Under the pieces are notes generated by a model, which did no database searches, was not told where the DNA came from, and saw only the letters and a program-made list of their open reading frames with translations. Both the position numbers and the translations under genes were made by a program. Below are positions 60,586 to 64,000 of a DNA stretch of 64,000 bases, piece after piece (position 1 is the first letter of the stretch; every line of letters begins with the position of its first letter). The stretch lies in sequence record SRR2962707_5461. One strand, given 5' to 3'.

Positions 60586-62225
60586 TCTGCGGCCCTCCCT
60601 TTTTGTGGAAAGAGTCCTTTAGGACGTTTTTGGATGAATAAAATGATGAACACCAACACCAAAATGGTGGATAAAACCGCGCCAGTCATAGGCTCAAGGA
60701 ACTTGGTGGCAATGCCCAAACTGAAGGCGGCGACTAGGGTGCCGAGCAGGTTGCCCACGCCACCGAAGACAACGACCATAAAGGAATTAATAATGTAATC
60801 CTGACCCAGATTCGGCCCCACATTCGTGAGCTGACTCAGCGCCACACCAGCGATGCCTGCGATGCCAGAACCCAGACCAAATGTCATGGCGTCTATCCAA
60901 TTGGTTTTTACCCCCATGGCTTTGGCCATGTTGCGATTTTGGGAAACCGCGCGCACGTTTAACCCCAGTGAGGTTTTCTTTAGCACCATCACCAGTGCGA
61001 AAAAAACCAACAAAGAAAACGCAAGAATGTACAAACGGTTCATGGTTAACGACAGTACAGGGTTAATTTCCCACGAGCCGCTCATCCAACTGGGGGTAGA
61101 CACTTGGCGGTTTAATGGCGAGAAGATGGTGCGTACCAATTGCTGCAGAATCAAACTGATACCAAAGGTCGCCAGCAAGGTTTCCAGTGGGCGGCCATGC
61201 AAATGGCGGATGACTAATCGCTCAATTAATATTCCTACCAAAGCAGACACTAAAAATGCCGCCGGAATCGCTACCCAAATGGAATAGTCGATGTAATTTG
61301 GCATCATCAATTGCACCACATAGGTGGTGTAGGCACCGAGCATAATCATTTCGCCGTGGGCCATATTGATCACCCCCATGACGCCAAAAGTAATGGCCAG
61401 ACCAATCGATGCCAGCAATAAAACAGAGCCAAGGCTCAAGCCAAAAAACAGCTGATTCAAAAAGCCAAAGCGTTCTACTCGCTGAGTAATTTTTGTCAAC
61501 GCAGCCTGTGCAGCGGCTTTAATGTCCGGGTTGTCTTGGTAGGTAAGCTGATTGAGTTTATTGCGCACCGTCGTTTCTAGGCTACCGGATAGGCGCTCAA
61601 TCGCGGCAATGCGAGTTGAATTTGGTAACTCGGTTTGCAAAGCGGTATTAATCGCCAAAGCCAAGCCCATTTCTTCTTTTACTTTGGTATTTGACTCGCT
61701 TGAGTAGAGTCGCTCAATCGTCGCGACTGTGTCTTCGTCAAGACTGGAAAGCAGCGCTTGAACGGCCCCTCGGCGTACTTCGGCAGAGTGAGAGGTTAGC
61801 TGAATGCGGGCGATGGCATTGCGTAAATAGCCCCGCAAACGGTTATTTACTTTGATTTTAGACACCGCTTTCTCGCTAAGATTGGCGATTAATTGTTGGC
61901 TAAAAATTCCTCGATAAGCGTCTTGGTTCTCGACTTCAATCCGTTGGACGAGTTGTTTGTTGGCTTTAATAAAGTACAAATCTCCATTCATCATGGTACG
62001 AAACAGCGGCAGCATAGACTCATCGCTGTTGGCCTCGATGGCTTTTAACACGGGCAAGAGTTTGCTGTATTTCACTTGAGTCAGTTTCAGCATTAAAGGG
62101 GCGAGTGCGGCGGGTGGCTGATTAACAGACAGGCTAGCGGGTGTTGACGATTCTGCGCTATAAGCCTGCAAGGATAAGAGGCCAAAAAGACAGCAGCAAA
62201 GTGCAATAAAGTGTCTCAAGGTCAT
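60582..62225 (-). CDS. urtB: Urea ABC transporter permease with N-terminal periplasmic domain
   Basis: GLAITFGVMGVINMAHGE, RPLETLLATFG, RPKGLF; exact start uncertain. Confidence 0.93.
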   Translation of the reverse strand: MTLRHFIALCCCLFGLLSLQAYSAESSTPASLSVNQPPAALAPLMLKLTQVKYSKLLPVLKAIEANSDESMLPLFRTMMNGDLYFIKANKQLVQRIEVENQDAYRGIFSQQLIANLSEKAVSKIKVNNRLRGYLRNAIARIQLTSHSAEVRRGAVQALLSSLDEDTVATIERLYSSESNTKVKEEMGLALAINTALQTELPNSTRIAAIERLSGSLETTVRNKLNQLTYQDNPDIKAAAQAALTKITQRVERFGFLNQLFFGLSLGSVLLLASIGLAITFGVMGVINMAHGEMIMLGAYTTYVVQLMMPNYIDYSIWVAIPAAFLVSALVGILIERLVIRHLHGRPLETLLATFGISLILQQLVRTIFSPLNRQVSTPSWMSGSWEINPVLSLTMNRLYILAFSLLVFFALVMVLKKTSLGLNVRAVSQNRNMAKAMGVKTNWIDAMTFGLGSGIAGIAGVALSQLTNVGPNLGQDYIINSFMVVVFGGVGNLLGTLVAAFSLGIATKFLEPMTGAVLSTILVLVFIILFIQKRPKGLFPQKGRAAE

Positions 62226-62310
62226 GCTCCATGGAATAAGTAGTGGCAAGGTTTCTTGCTGGTGGGCCTGCTCCTTATTCTTGCGTAATTTCAACAAGAA
62301 AGTACGAGTA

Positions 62311-62347
62311 GAAAAAGGGACTCTCTGCACTGTGTGACAGAGAGTCC
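62311..62347 (-). terminator. Intra-operon terminator after urtA
   Basis: Minus strand GGACTCTCTG...CAGAGAGTCC-CTTTTT. Confidence 0.65.
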
Positions 62348-62429
62348 ATACCACCCTGGGAGAGGTTAGTTATTGGTATTAAACCGCTTTTTGAAGATCA
62401 ACCCTGATCATCGACGGTTTAGGAATTGC

Positions 62430-63710
62430 TTAGTTTTCGCCAGAACATTTCTTCGTTACCGTGTTGTAATGACCGCAATTGATCGGCGATGTCCAATCGG
62501 CAATGACGTTCTTAGAACTTGGCAAATAGTCCGACCAAGAATCCCCAGGAACCGTACTGTCGGTTTCCCAAACGGTTTCAAATTGACCGTCATCTTGGAT
62601 CTCACCGATAAGAACCGGTTTGCTTAGATAATGGTTTTTATTCATCGTCGCCATACCGCCAGTCAGGTTCGGAAATTTCTGACCTATCATGGCTTTTTCA
62701 ACCGCATCCACATCCGTAGTTCCGGCTTTCTTCACTGCATCAACCCACATATTGAAACCAATGTAAGTGGCTTCCATAGGGTCGTTTGTGACCGCTTTAG
62801 GGTCTTTTTTATAGGCTTTCCATGCTTTGATGAAACGCTCGTTTTCTGGCGTATCGACGCTTTCAAAGTAGTTCCAAGCCGCTAAGTGACCTACTAATGG
62901 TTTTGTGTCTAGACCGGATAATTCTTGCTCACCAACCGAGAATGCAACCACAGGAATGTCTTCAGAAGAAATACCTTGGTTGGCTAATTCTTTGTAGAAA
63001 GGCACGTTGGCATCACCATTGATGGTAGAAACCACCGCGGTTTTTATGCCTTGGCTACCGAACTTCTTAATTTGCGAGACAATAGATTGCCAGTCAGACT
63101 GACCAAATGGGGTGTAATTCACCATGATGTCTTTGGCAGGAACGCCTTTCGATTTTAAATAGGCTTCTAGAATCTTATTTGTAGTACGTGGGTACACATA
63201 ATCGGTACCGGCCAGAACGAAACGTTTCACACCCAAATCGTTCATTAGGTAATTAACCGCAGGGATCGCCTGTTGGTTTGGCGCCGCTCCAGTGTAAAAG
63301 ATGTTTTTAGACGACTCTTCCCCTTCGAATTGCACCGGGTAAAACATCAGCCCATTGAGCTCTTGAAGAACAGGAAGCACCGATTTACGAGACACAGACG
63401 TCCAGCTACCGAAAATCACATCTACCTTGTCTTTGCTGATCAGCTCGCGGGCTTTCTCCGCAAACAGCGGCCAGTTAGACGCAGGGTCAACCACCACAGG
63501 CTCGATCTGTTTGCCAAGCAAACCGCCTTTCGCGTTCTGCTCTTTAATCAGCATCAGAACCGTGTCTTTTAGCGCGCTTTCAGAAATCGCCATGGTGCCA
63601 GAAAGAGAATGCAGCACGCCCACTTTGATCGTATCTGCGGCCCATGAAGGCACAGCAACCAGCGTGGCGCCCGTTAATGCTATCGCGGAAACTAACGTCT
63701 TAATCTTCAT
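62430..63710 (-). CDS. urtA: Urea ABC transporter substrate-binding protein
   Basis: IKVGVLHSLSGTMAISE, DPASNWPLFAE, WTSVSRK, GTDYVYPRTTN, TNDPMEA. Confidence 0.96.
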   Translation of the reverse strand: MKIKTLVSAIALTGATLVAVPSWAADTIKVGVLHSLSGTMAISESALKDTVLMLIKEQNAKGGLLGKQIEPVVVDPASNWPLFAEKARELISKDKVDVIFGSWTSVSRKSVLPVLQELNGLMFYPVQFEGEESSKNIFYTGAAPNQQAIPAVNYLMNDLGVKRFVLAGTDYVYPRTTNKILEAYLKSKGVPAKDIMVNYTPFGQSDWQSIVSQIKKFGSQGIKTAVVSTINGDANVPFYKELANQGISSEDIPVVAFSVGEQELSGLDTKPLVGHLAAWNYFESVDTPENERFIKAWKAYKKDPKAVTNDPMEATYIGFNMWVDAVKKAGTTDVDAVEKAMIGQKFPNLTGGMATMNKNHYLSKPVLIGEIQDDGQFETVWETDSTVPGDSWSDYLPSSKNVIADWTSPINCGHYNTVTKKCSGEN

Positions 63711-63806
63711 TGTTGAGTCTTCCTATCGGTTATCTTTTAATGAGTAAGCAAACTCAGTATCCATAGAAAACCAAAAGAAATGTATCCGCTGAATGACCCA
63801 GAGGGG

Positions 63807-63822
63807 TACGTCATTTGACGTA
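63807..63822. promoter_or_regulatory. Perfect palindromic transcription-factor site upstream of urtA
   Basis: TACGTCA-TT-TGACGTA. Confidence 0.6.
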
Positions 63823-64000
63823 TAGGTAGGGTGGTCTTTAGGCCAATAACTCATGCCTTTGTGAATACTAGAATCGGTTAAAGTCGAAATGATCGGTGAC
63901 ATTTTATCTTTAAGGCATAACCGAGGCCGGTGGCCGTAAAGCGGCATCAGTTCATAATGAAATGCTATCGAGTGTAAAAACAGGTAGATTAAATGCATTA

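Noticed and set aside
63747..63763. sigma54 promoter for urtA
   Set aside because: GG-to-GC spacing is 11 nt rather than the required 10
63723..63998. 91-aa ORF upstream of urtA
   Set aside because: Overlaps the promoter region, has no recognisable motif and sits at the window edge

Overview
Core-chromosome segment of a marine gammaproteobacterium. An Oceanospirillales, probably Marinomonas-like, assignment is inferred from gene content and order (e.g. rpsF-rpsR-DUF2232-rplI-dnaB without priB, ectABC-ask). Left to right: 3' end of a GGDEF cyclase; a promoter-plus-terminator unit with no credible ORF (candidate ~210-nt sRNA); RutR-like TetR, LysE, upp, a stand-alone Lon, MATE, TlyA and a rhodanese; an LPS core locus (AT-rich YrbL-like and thymidylate-kinase-like genes, GT4/GT2/GT9, waaF, hldD, an AGE epimerase, hldE, msbA, waaA); TPP riboswitch-thiBPQ; two DMT transporters and MipA; the rpsF operon and dnaB; an Aer-like chemoreceptor and dapB; a ProU-type ABC transporter with a CosR/EctR-like MarR; a light/UV cluster (photolyase, DUF523-DUF1722, renalase-like gene, divergent MerR); an NSS transporter; ectABC-ask; a CHASE-GGDEF-EAL protein; and urtABCDE-ureDABCEFGJ. 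I found no IS, prophage, CRISPR, tRNA or rRNA. The most interesting signals are regulatory: the orphan sRNA candidate with a RutR-like box, three identically spaced TTRTACA-N11-YGTATMA operators beside a MerR lacking B12 ligands, shared CosR-like boxes at proX/marR/ectA, a structured ectA leader, and a perfect palindrome before urtA. The pair of AT-rich kinase-like genes in the LPS locus also stands out. All product calls come from motif recognition by eye, not database searches.
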